From positions 20,516-69,995 of the forward strand of contig NW_005434549.1 in assembly GCF_000315625.1 (NCBI RefSeq): DNA of 49,480 nucleotides, in the 5' to 3' direction. The translations under genes were made by a program, and so were the position numbers. Positions 23,109 to 34,467 of the stretch are shown piece after piece. The stretch's first letter is position 1. Every line of letters starts with the position of its first letter. This DNA is from Guillardia theta CCMP2712. Lineage: Eukaryota; Protista; Cryptophyta. Below the pieces are notes generated by a model that did not search any database, was not told the origin of the DNA, and worked only from the letters and a program-made list of their open reading frames with translations.

Positions 23109-23228
23109 CCTCGATACACTTGAAGCGTTTGACTGATTCGTTGATCGCTCCAAGAGTGATGTGGTCGTAAAGTTCACCTTCATGTGTATTTGGTGTACAC
23201 CTTCGTCTTGGCGAAAGAAATTTCATAG

Positions 23229-24933
23229 ATGAATGCACATGAACATGTTATGCAGGTTCTAACGGACCATCACCAGAGTGACGTGATGAAGGTGGTGGCA
23301 CAAGTTGTCAGTGGAAGGCTCTGGTTTCTTGACGAGTCAGGAGTTTGGTTCAACGACACCTTCATCATCAGCAAGGGAGTGCTACGCGTGGTGAATGAGC
23401 ATGATCATCTTCCGGTCATGGTGCAGGAGGCGCTAAGGTTGGACATGAAGCACGTCGGAGTGAAGGTCAAGCCAGCAGGCGGCATTGCCATGGAACAAGT
23501 CAAGATGTGCCTGCACGGCAGCTTCTCGGGGTTTTTCTATGGGCAGGGCATGAGAGATGGAGTGCGTGGGATCAACATCATCAAACATGACGACACTGTG
23601 CATCAGTTTGCCGTGGACACGCAGGAGGAGCAGCAGGAGTGGGTGACGAGCATCAGGAGGCTGACGGAAGGCGGATATTCCTCCTGCTCCTCTCCCCTAT
23701 CCGACGTCGATCCCATCACGATCAGCAAGAGCTGCGGCATGTGTCACGTCCCCTCCACTCGCCTGCACGAGCTCACCGTGGAGAATGCGAGCCTGCGATG
23801 TGCTCTCATGGCAGCTCTCGACCGACTGAAGCTGTTCTCCTTCCCAGAGCCAGCAGAGGAGGCGGGGCGGGACGAGGAAGAAGAACAGCTGCTGAAGGAG
23901 AGACGGGTCGTCGATGTAGTGAGCGAGGAAGAGCATGAGCGACACGTCAGAGCGTTGAAGTCGCAAGTCAGACAGCTCCTTCCTGTGGCCCCTCCTTCTC
24001 CTCACCCATGCCGCACAGATTCACACGCAGGAGGAGGAAATTTCATGCTTGTCGTCAGAGCTCGCGCGACACCGTGAGGCGTACAAGGAGCTGGAGCTTG
24101 CTCTCATGGAGACCTCTGAGCGAGTGAGAAGCTTGTCCCTTGAAGGTTGCTGAGCTCGCCTGACGCCCACCAGGTGATGGTGATGGAGGAGATGGTCAGC
24201 CGCGCGTCGGTGAGGTCGCGAGTAGCAGCTGCGACGAGATGACTGGAGGTGGCAGGAGGAGAGCAGGAGGAGCCTCGACGAGCAGAGCAGCTGCATTGAA
24301 GCCTTGCATGCTGCCGGGGAAGAGATCGAGGCGGGGTTGGAGTATCTGAGACACGAGCGCCAGCAACTGGGACGGCATCAGGTCTTGGTGGGCAGCATGG
24401 AGGGCATGGAAAACCTCGCATGCGGCATTGAGCTCACGCTCTACTCGCTGTCAGCTTGTGTCTCTCAGCTCGAAGCTGAGCTCTGCTTGCACGTGGAGGG
24501 GGAGATGCATGGGGCAGCGCAAGATGCAGCCAGGCAGCCGATGCCGCGGGGTCAGCAGTCGGAGACGGGAGGGACAGGGCAACACATGAGGGAGGATGGG
24601 AATGGAAAAGAGGTGCCAGGAAGTCAGAGGAGACCTGAAGGAGTTGATGAGGATCCTCGGGCTATCAATCAGAGCGTCTTGATTCTGAGCAACGAAGTTT
24701 CTCAATCTCAAGCTGACTTCCATCAGGTCTTTCTCAAGCAACGACTCTCACTCAAAAGCTTGACAAGTCGACTCGCTTCTCACTTCCTCTTGCCCTCTTC
24801 TACTCCCATCGCCCCCCCTGCAGATGCTCCCTGGCCTGCATCCTCTTCCCCTCCCCTTGCTGACGTCGAGGCCTCAGAGCAAGTACCTGCTTCTCGTGTC
24901 CTGCTTGTCTCTTTACCCTCCTTCATCTCTTAA
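23229..24933 (+). CDS. PH-domain + coiled-coil protein, multi-exon (ends uncertain)
   Basis: HQFAVDTQEEQQEWVTSIRR matches the PH-domain C-terminal strand/helix pattern; downstream exons are E/Q/L-rich and helical. Confidence 0.55.
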
Positions 24934-25045
24934 CATGCTTCTCGTGTCCTGCTTGTCTCTTCACCCTCCTTCATCTCTTAACATGCTTCCCTTGTCCTGC
25001 TTGTCTCTTCACCCTCCTTCATCTCTTAACATGTCTCCCTTGTCT
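24888..25045. repeat. 48-bp tandem repeat, ~3.3 copies
   Basis: tgcttctcgtgtcctgcttgtctct...cttaaca units start at 24888, 24936, 24984 and 25032 (partial). Confidence 0.9.
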
Positions 25046-25363
25046 TTGGAACCTTGACTCGCTCCTGCCCTCCCGCCCCGTGAGCTCAAGCTGCTCTGCT
25101 CCCCATCCTCCACGTTCCCGATCCCTCCTCAGATCCCTCCTGGTCCATGGCTGAGTTGCTCTGCTACATGCAATCGAAATCCAGAGGCAATGAAGAAAAA
25201 TAAAACCAGAGAAGTGGAGTGGTTGGAGAACAGGTCAATGAGCGAGAAGTTCAAAGTCTCAGTATGAGCGTCATTTTACATCATTCTTACAAGCAAACAA
25301 TATCTCGTCTTATCTTACATGTCTTTCTGCTTCTCTTCTTACTGTACATTTAGCTCACTCCCG

Positions 25364-28300
25364 TCAGGCTTGCGGGCTCACGCCGAACACACTCAGCCCT
25401 GCCTCCTCCCCCATGTGCTCTGCATCCTCCTCCGCGAAAAATTGCTCGCACCAGAGCTCCCCGTCCCTCTCAAGCTCCGACTCCTGTGTGCTCGATCCCT
25501 TGGCACTGCCTTCCCCTTGCTCGATCCCTCCTGCTCTCGCCCTCTTTGTCGGACGGCCTGTTGCTTCCGGACCTTGTGGGGCGATAGCGCCTTGCAAACC
25601 ACGAGCAGCTAGGAGACAAATCAGACTACCCGCAGGTCTCTTCCTCACCCTCACCTTTCCGTGGGTTCGCCAGAGACTCCGCACCCTCTGAGTTGGCAGC
25701 TATTTGATTCTCCTCTCCTTGCATGGCACCTGCTGGCATGGTGAGGACGCGAGGAATGATGGTGAGGAGGGAGTGACAAGGCAAGAGACAAAGAAGCACT
25801 GAGTTTGATCGTAACATCGGGAAGGAGGTTGTGGGTTGTGTCAGAGCAGGAAACTGAAGTCATCTGGATTGGAGGCAGAGAGAGGACAAGGCAGTATTTC
25901 CGAGGACGAGATTGAAGTTAAGAGCAACGAGAGGAGAGGGTTGGAGGACAAGATAGCGAGAACAAGCAGCCAAGGGTTCAAGGCAGGGAGGACGGACCCA
26001 TCATCGGAGGCTGCATCATGACGCCCATTGAGCCTGGGGCTTCAAGTCATTCGCTAATATCTCGTCTGCTCCTTTGGCTTGCTTACCCGTCACTGGCGCT
26101 GCTGCCCACTGCTCTTCACGAGGAAGCATCCCTTCTATCTCCAGCTGCATCTTGGCCATCTTGTCCAGCAGTCATTTCACCTCCAGTCATGTCCTTCTTT
26201 CTCACCTGCATGGCCTGGTGCATCAGCGATGCCGCGCTCGCGCTCTCTCCAGGCGCATTCGCTCGTGGCACTCGCTGCATCCTCCAGTTGCCTCCCCTCG
26301 GCACAGAGTCCGGCATGAAGTCTGCCATCCCGACCCCCCGGAAGTTGGAAGGAAGCGGCCCTTGTCCTCCGCTCCACTGAGGTTCCATGCTAGAATGCGC
26401 AGAGTTCTGCATTCCATTCATGGGCATCACCTGCTCTAAATGCATCAGCTGACAACTTCCCCGAGCCTGACGCCTCACCATCTCGTTCCTGGGCATCGGC
26501 GGCCCCTGCCATCTTGGCATCGGCTGCATCCGCATTGGCATACTTGCAGGCATGACATGGGGAGCAAGAGTCGTTGGCTCCACGTAAGTTAACCCAGCAT
26601 TCCCGCGAGGACCCCAGCTCGCGCTCCTGCCCTTATTGGCGGCATGACTCCTGCCGACCTCATTGGGGAGTGACTGGAGCGCATAGGAAGCGGAAACGTC
26701 TGCTTGTTCTGAGAGCAACATCAGCAACAACATGCACGTGTATCATAGCCCACCGGCTGGCGCACTGGCTTGTCTAGATGCTGACCACTGCATGAAATCC
26801 CGTCAACGGCAGTCAAATCAAGTTGCATAACCGTCAGCGTACCTGGTCAGGCTTGTGAGCCACTTCCAGCCCTTGACCTGCCCTGGTGATCTTCTTCCCA
26901 TTGTCCGAGCCGCTACGAGCAAGACCTGCCTGGCGTCACTCGCAGCTCAAGGAGGCATCGCTCGTTACCCGTTGGAGGCTGAGGCTCTTCATCCCTCATG
27001 CTCCGCTGGGTCGGTTGTGGTTCTTGCAGGAAGAGATCTTGCGCGGGCCCGGAAGTGTTGCGCTGGTCCACTTCGTCTACTTTGGCAGATTTGGATCCTT
27101 TGGACACGCCCACTGGTAGTCGGGAAGCAGCCATATGAATAGTTCTCCTCCAATCCTCTATCTCTTTCTTCCACTGCTCCTCCTTCTGCTGCGTCATCTG
27201 CTGCAGATCATTTTCCAGCCTGTCCATCTCCTCCTATTGCAAGTTTCACGAGACATTAATCAAGTGCTGCATCAACAACCTGATTCTGCATGAGAAACTT
27301 TTTCGTTTCAAGCTGCGATCGGCAAGATGTGAGCCTTTGCCGATGCACTTCTGCAAGTTTCTTTGTGGAAGCCAACTTCATGCTCATGAATTCCTCTCGC
27401 TCTTTTTCTGCAAGAAAAATCACCTACTGAGAAGTTACTTCATGGTACTAACGTATTTCTTTGAGCTTGAGGTCTTCCAGGTGTTCCACGGCCTGCCTTG
27501 TTCTTGTCTGATTGTTAGGGGCAGCGACCTATTATTGAATGAGCATGAAAGGCAGGTGCAAGTACTCTCCACAAAATACCCTTGGCGAAGTCGATGACTG
27601 CTTCACATCAACAATCCCTCGGACATCTGTACTTTTCTTGCTCCCAAGGTTGCCCTGAGAGAAATCTGGCCCTGCTGGAAGTAGATTTGCGGCAGGTTGT
27701 CCGGTGTTAGCTAGCTGAGAAGTGCTCTTTTTAGCAATGTCGATCTACAAGGAAGACGAATCAACAGGGGTCAAACTTGGTAAAACCAGGCGAACACACC
27801 TCTTTTGTCTCTGCACTGTTAGCGAGATGGTTGAGGGGTCCATTAGGCTGTCTTTATTCGGAGCACGGGAAAAAGAAAAAATTAAGTTTTCTTTTCCCCG
27901 GGTTTCAAAAAATCCGAGGTTGTCGAAGTCGCACTTTATTCGAGCATTTCAAATTTTCGAAAATTAAAAGGTTTCCCGCGCACCAGGGAAGACGCTCCAT
28001 GCAGGCACCAGCGAGACCAGGCAGCATGAAGCCCTTACAAGCCAAGCCTTATGTGAGGCTTATTGCATGTCTTACGTTCCTTGATGTGTCAGACGGAGGA
28101 CTACGGAAAATTGCAGAGTTGCATGTCTTACTTGAAGAAGCATATCCTAAGCATGTTCGTTATTTCCTGCAGAAGCATGGTAGTGAAATACCAGGTTTGA
28201 CAGAGGACTTGTTGTTGTACAAGTCAAGAAATCAGCCTTGGCCAGGATCCAGCATCATGGAGTTTTACCAATCTACTAAAGATTTGATAAACAACCGTTA

Positions 28301-31300
28301 CAATCCCGAATTCCTGGCTAATTGCAATCCTGACGGCTCTTTGCCGTCTGGACGAAGTCTGGAAGAACTTCGCATGGCAACAAAGGAGCAGTTGTGGAAT
28401 AAGCACCAACTCGAACTTGTCGCCAAGAATATGCAGTCATCGCCTTCCGAACCTCCGCCGCAGACTCCCGATCCCCAAGAAGCGCAGGAGAGTCTCGCCG
28501 AATCACCTGAATTGTTGGCAGAACAGAAAAAGAACGGAAGTGGGCGTAGAAAGCAGACATCAGTCATACCTTTCGATGTCACCAACCCTATTCACAGAGA
28601 TTGGACCCCATTAGGTTGGATCGCATGGCTGCACCTTGGATTGGGTTCTCCAGAACCTCATGATAAGTTTTCACTGAAACCTAGCGGAGGCGATGTACCT
28701 CCTGCACAGAATCAGATGACACCTGACTTCCATCAGCGTATGTCGAGAGGCAGATCTGAACAACGTCGGAAATTGCGAGAGAATAATCGTCCAGCACAAG
28801 AGGACTTGGGACGTGGAGTCACAGACCCACGTGCCTCAGATAGTCTTTCCAATGTTTTCATGGCTGCAGTGGATAGACTCATGTGTCATTATCGACAAAG
28901 TCATGAACGCACACAGATGGTCAAAGAACGTAACCAGATGATCCACGAACGTACACAGAAGATCAACAATCTGCAGATGCTCATGCAAATCACAGCTCCA
29001 GGTAGTTCCGACCACGCGCAGGCTAAGGCAGAACTCGTGCAACTTTTGAAGGGTACAGCTGACAATGACAACATCCCAAGTGTGGCTGAATGGGAATGTG
29101 CGTCTGGTACACCTGGCTCGTCATCGATACCACCTGCGTCTGTGACGAATTCCAGGAACATGGGCATTGCATCTCCTGTCTCATCTGTGGTTGCCACCCC
29201 TGTATCTCTGTCGGACGAACGTATCTTTACGAATGATGTGATTGGAACGACAGAGAATTGTTCTCCTCAATCACGTGTTCGTGCAAGGCCAATGGATTTG
29301 GACAGATTGTTCAAAAAAAACAGAACGAACAATGTGTAGAAGGTCACAACAGGAATTCCTGACGCAGATGGAAACATCCATCCAGTGTGAATGAAATGTT
29401 ACTGAATTCTCACTCGATTTTATTGCAGCATCACCTGGAACTCTCGTGCCGTCATTTCGCTGTCAGTATTCCACAGCGCCGATAGCAAGTGCTTCTTTAT
29501 AATGAAGAATCAATGCGCTTTGCAATTCCATCCAGCCACTTTGTATACTCGTAGTCAAATCTTGGTCATTCTCAAGAGGAAGTCGATGATGGGAAGACGA
29601 TGATACAATAGGTTGTCGAGGAAAGGACTCACGGTTATCCATACCCTCATATTCCTCATCCTCCGTGTTTTCATCAACCTGAACATCGGCGGCGTCTGCA
29701 CCATCCGTCGTCTGTGCATCATGCGCAAGGATGATGTTCTGAAGAATACAACAAGTTATGAACATGTTGTCCACTTCATCCTTGTACCAAAAGTTGCACG
29801 GTATTTTCACACACCGGAAGCGCGACTTCAATCTTCCAAAGAAGCATTCCACATCCTTCCGACATGATTCCAATGCTCGAGACCACTGTCGTCTATCAGG
29901 ATCCACTGTGTAAGGTAAAGGGCATTGTAACACCCTCCAACGGTGATAGCCTTGATCCACCATGATCCACAATCCTTTGTGAGTTTGTACACGACCTCCA
30001 CCAACATACAAGTCAAACTCTTCTTGCGCATAACGAGTTCCCTGATGCACGGATTGCAAGAATGAATAACAACATCCCAGCGTCTCAAGCGCAATCCGTG
30101 ATCCGCCTCCTCTAGTTTCCCGCCCGTGGCCTCCTGCTCGCTCCTACACTTGATATGCAATTGTTGGATATTTCTCTTTGCCTTTATACGACGGAAGATC
30201 TTGGGCTGGACACTTGTCCCAGGGAATATGTACACAGTCACATGACGCGATACATCCGGGAAAGCCTTTCTTGCGATACATCTCTGTGGTTTTGAAGATT
30301 TCATCCGGCGAGGTCGGGGGGTGGACATACTTGGGATACTGCTTTGCCATGTTTCGACAGAACATGTGGAAAAAGTTACGATTGGATGCCTCACATGCCC
30401 CATTCCCTTCACGGATATTGTTAAAACTGTATCCTCCTCCTAACACACGCAGAACACCAAGAATCATGAGTTCAAGGGACGGCATGGGCTGCCCACACAC
30501 GTTGGTGATCTGATCATGATACCATTTCTCTTCACGAGCCAGTTTGACAATGTCAAGATAAACAGGATATGGCAAACGAAAGCTACGCCTGAATTCTTTG
30601 GCAGCACGTGACGATGGATCAGCAAGGGAAGGATCTTCCAGGAGCACAGCCCACCTCGATGCTGCATAATTCCTTGGGAGCCGAGGCTGCTCCTCCACCC
30701 TTCGCTTCTTTCGAGCTCGTGGAAGAGGTTCAGAGTCATGCAGTGACTGAGCTTGTTGAGTGACAATGTAAAGTCTCATCAATTCAAGAAGACAAGCAAC
30801 CAGAAACAAGAACTCGGGGTCTCCAACATGAACATTGTCGCCGTCAATGTCCGATGGCGACGGCATGGCTTGGGCGGGAATTATCTTTTTCAAGAAATCC
30901 AGAGCGGGAAAAAGAAAGCGAAATTTCTCCCGAAATCCAGGTCTGGAAAAAGAAAACTTTCTTTTTCCCCCCGAATAAAGTGGGGGTTGGGAGAAGTTTT
31001 AGGGAAAAGTTTCATATTTTTCCCTAAAACACGTCCGAATAAAGACAGCCTTAGACTGCAACCAGCAAGTCATGAAAAAAAAACGGAGAGAAAAGCAGGA
31101 GGTACTTCGAGCTGTAAATCATTCCAAGAGCATTCAGAGTTGCTCAAGAAGAAGTAGTTATAATGCTGCTCACAGAGGGCTCTAATGATTTTTTCATCAT
31201 CAGGATTCGCCGCAGATTTTCGCAAATGAAGTTACCTCATTTCACTGCAACTGTCCTCGGGAACAAGTTTGTTTTGACTCCAGACATTTGGAAGTCTGCA

Positions 31301-32746
31301 TTCTGTATCAGATTCGTCTTGGCTCAAGGGCATGCTCTTTGACCTCATGACATTCAGTACAACATTGTTCTCTTCCTTCTCCAGTGCAATCGAGCACACC
31401 TACACATTTCAAACCATGAGGGATCTTGTTCTCTGATCCCCGCAACAAGTAACCTGTGGCAAAAGCTTGACAAGCGCATCTGCTAAAACCTCTCTCCATT
31501 TATCATTCTTGGGCGATTGCTATCACGCAAAGATAAAATGTTATTCTAGAATTATAACGACATGGTGTGCACCTGTAGTATTTCGTTTGCTACGTAAAAC
31601 AATGCCAAACATCTCCTTGCTTGACCAGTGGATACATTTTCCCTCAACGACTCCACATACATCTTCCCAAAATATGAGTTAAATGAAACATGGAACATGC
31701 GAAATCACCTTGTGAGCAGCACTTTCATTCACTGTACTCAGCTCCAGGAAATGTTTGGAAATATCAACAATCTGTCCAAAAGTCAGCAAGCTGTGGGGCA
31801 TGAGAGAAGAGAGCAGAGGACCTTGGAGTTTGAATAACTGTTTAAGCCCCGTATCGACTCCTTGAGCTTCTTCAGTATCTCCAAAGCATCCATCACGCCT
31901 TTCTTCAACTCCTCCTTCACCCTCCTTCAGTCTCCGCTGAACTGAAAATAAATCGCTAACCGGGAGATGTGTGAGATATCTAATCCAGGATATTCAAGGG
32001 GCTTTCTTGATCATTTTCGCACCAATACCGCGAATGTGTCACTGCAACTAACAATGTGGACCCTGCACTGTCTTGGTTCCAGCACCACGCTGCCAGAGAA
32101 TGCTTTTTTCCAAGTCGATTGGTTTCTGTGAACTTTGAACAAGTTCAACGGTATTGTCTCCACATTTCAAACCTATGAGTTCCTCCTGTGCCACATGACT
32201 GTCAGTCAGCCTGGTCGCACCGGCATGCAACTGTCCGAATATTTCACAAACGCTCTGTCTATGTTTCACCACCACCCCTCCACCACCACCTCAGGCAATG
32301 TTTTCGTTACCAAAAATGCGGTTTGAGAAAGACGACCGAGGTCACGGAACTACCAAGACTGTCCCTCGGAAAAGTCCGGGGTATCACGCTACGTCATTCT
32401 AGCCTCAACCTTTTCTAACATGGATTATTGTATGTGCCTGCTATGCATACTTTCCTTTCTTGATTGTTCCATTTTCATTCCATCTTTTAACAGGAGGGAC
32501 CATTCATCCACACTCACAAGTGACACTCCTTCTCTGCATACCCCTGAAGTCAGACTAGGAGTTCTTGGGTTCCAACCTCCACGTTTCTGCCAGTGCCCCC
32601 TTCTCCCCTCCCCCTCCTCCCCCTCCTCCCCCTCCTCCCCCTCCTCCGCCGCAACATTTCTCGCTCGTTCTACATGCTATCTTTGCTTACACACATGAGA
32701 TATCAACATCTACTTCCATTGCTGCCGCGTCAGCTTCTTCTCTCAT
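25364..32746 (-). CDS. Unknown multi-exon host gene (coiled-coil, Met/Pro-rich C-terminus) interrupted by the Harbinger element
   Basis: With the element removed, exons join in frame across canonical introns: YFFLSNSECSWNDLQLE | SNGPLNHLANSAETKE | IDIAKKSTSQLANTG. A later exon reads MDRLENDLQQMTQQKEEQWKKEIEDWRR. Outer limits are approximate. Confidence 0.5.
27999..29339 (+). CDS. Harbinger accessory ORF (putative DNA-binding partner), 446 aa, intronless
   Basis: Intact ORF between the TIRs, first ATG at 27999; LPSGRSLEE motif and a C-terminal coiled coil. A Myb/SANT assignment is expected for the family but not confirmed by eye. Confidence 0.75.
   Translation: MQAPARPGSMKPLQAKPYVRLIACLTFLDVSDGGLRKIAELHVLLEEAYPKHVRYFLQKHGSEIPGLTEDLLLYKSRNQPWPGSSIMEFYQSTKDLINNRYNPEFLANCNPDGSLPSGRSLEELRMATKEQLWNKHQLELVAKNMQSSPSEPPPQTPDPQEAQESLAESPELLAEQKKNGSGRRKQTSVIPFDVTNPIHRDWTPLGWIAWLHLGLGSPEPHDKFSLKPSGGDVPPAQNQMTPDFHQRMSRGRSEQRRKLRENNRPAQEDLGRGVTDPRASDSLSNVFMAAVDRLMCHYRQSHERTQMVKERNQMIHERTQKINNLQMLMQITAPGSSDHAQAKAELVQLLKGTADNDNIPSVAEWECASGTPGSSSIPPASVTNSRNMGIASPVSSVVATPVSLSDERIFTNDVIGTTENCSPQSRVRARPMDLDRLFKKNRTNNV
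29463..30866 (-). pseudogene. PIF/Harbinger DDE transposase with an in-frame TAG inside an 82-bp foreign patch
   Basis: Single frame of 468 codons: FRRSFRLP, GFPGCIASCDCVHIPW, KGKEKYPTIAYQV*, VDQGY and RKDVECFFGRLKSRF. The stop is at 30144-30146. Confidence 0.85.
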
Positions 32747-33884
32747 CTCTGCCCGTCACCATCTTGAGAGCTTTGAGGCCTCCCCTTCGCCATCACTTGT
32801 GCCGACCCTACCCCCACCCTCTTGTCAATCCGCATACACACTTGAAATGTGACCACCCCTTCATCTTCCAATCTCTACCTACCCCCGTTACTGAATACAT
32901 GAATACCTGCACCCCACCCCTGATCAAGCTTTCTGCAGGAACCCCAAATGTCTCTCAACTACCACCCCCCTAGTGGTTCTGACATTTTACCTGATGACCC
33001 ACGTTGCTTCCTATCAACATACCCACCTGCAACTGGTGGACTTATTCATATCAGACCCCACCCTCAATCTATGATCATATAACCCCTCCATAGCTATCTC
33101 CAATCTCAACACCCTCTTTTCATACCCCAGACTTTGAAGATACCCACCCTAGACAAACATTTTTAAATCTTTATACAGTACCCCTACCCCAGAATTTGGA
33201 ACCTTGACCGGTCTTTGCTCGAAATACATATGCCTCGAGGGGTGGGTTCACAAGCCGGGGTAGTTGGGTGGAAGGGGTGTTGTGGGGCGTCTGCAGAGGG
33301 GTCTGCAGTGCAATCTGAATCGTTTGCCGAGACAATGAGGAGTACCAAGCTTTTCCTTGGGTAGTCGAGGAAAGGTAGGGTACTTGGACGGGAGGGTGGT
33401 GAGAAAGAAGGGGGTGCAAGAGGGGGGGATCAACATAAGACGAGGGTAGAGAGAAGGAGTCTACTGACGCAGGGGTGACAAAGGATAGGGAGACGTGGGG
33501 GAAGAACCACCGTGGAGATATGGTGGGTACTCAACTTGAACCAGGGGTAGGGTAGAAACCTGAACATGTCAACTGATGGAAACAAGGGTGGGGTAGTGGA
33601 GGGGGCATAATTCAAATGGGGGTTATTACGGGACACATCTCGTGGAAAGTTTCTTAATAGCAGAAATATAGATTATACTGACTAATATTGTCTAATTGTG
33701 GTATTGTAATAGAGTATTTCTCTTTTATTTAAGAAGCCAAGGTTTATTTAGTCGAAGACAATCTCGTTTGGCTGAGCTGTAGGCGAAGGAGATGAGTACT
33801 GAGACTTTTAACAGTACTTGAATTTCATACAAACTAGTACTAAAAGATTGTGCCTCAAAAACTCTTCCATAAAATTAACATTAT

Positions 33885-33924
33885 TATGACCGGGCATACA
33901 GCCGGGTATGCCCGGTCATACTAG
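33885..33924. repeat. Perfect 15-bp-stem hairpin followed by CTAG
   Basis: tatgaccgggcatac-agccgg-gtatgcccggtcata-ctag. Confidence 0.85.
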
Positions 33925-34467
33925 CAGACATAGTAATAATCGTATGTCTTGATATCAGAGGCCTAATAAGGGGATGGCTGCATTACATTTTAAAAGTATT
34001 TTATTACCCGCACTCTTATAAGTCTATCTGCAGTGCTTTCTGGTAATAGAATAGAACTCAGTTGAGTAAACATTGTATAGCATGTGAAACCCAATTGTAG
34101 TACCATAATTGTAGCTTTATGGTCGCGTGACCTCGGGCCGGAGACAATCTGTGTAGTAAAGAGGCGGACCCGGATTCCGCTCCCTGCCCCGAAGAAATAG
34201 ATTAAAAACAATCTTGTGTTTCTACAGTAGCGGTTTTCGCTGCCTCCTTCTTTTCCTAGTATTTCATTGAGGCGGGTTTGTAGGGTTTATCCTCCCCCTC
34301 CTTTGTTTGCTCCGGTTTGCCAATAATAAAAGAAGTTTGTACATGATTGCGTCTGATGCTTCTCAGTGCTACGCGTCTGGGAGCGAAAAGGGTGAACTCA
34401 GAAACGCAAAGGTGCTGGATTGCTGCATAATGACAGTCATCCCTCTCTTGGTTTCTAGATCATAGCG

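Larger units (their letters stand above)
27846..31050. mobile_element. PIF/Harbinger DNA transposon, 3205 bp
   Basis: Perfect 17-bp TIRs GGCTGTCTTTATTCGGA (27846-27862) and TCCGAATAAAGACAGCC (31034-31050); TTA TSD at 27843-27845 and 31051-31053; two convergent ORFs including a DDE transposase. Confidence 0.95.

Noticed and set aside
27777-27998. N-terminal extension of the 520-aa ORF
   Set aside because: It starts at a non-ATG codon outside the transposon and crosses the TIR; the first ATG is at 27999.
30066-30149. The 82-bp patch as an intron of the transposase
   Set aside because: It begins near a GT but has no AG at its 3' end, and removing it would not restore the missing conserved segment.
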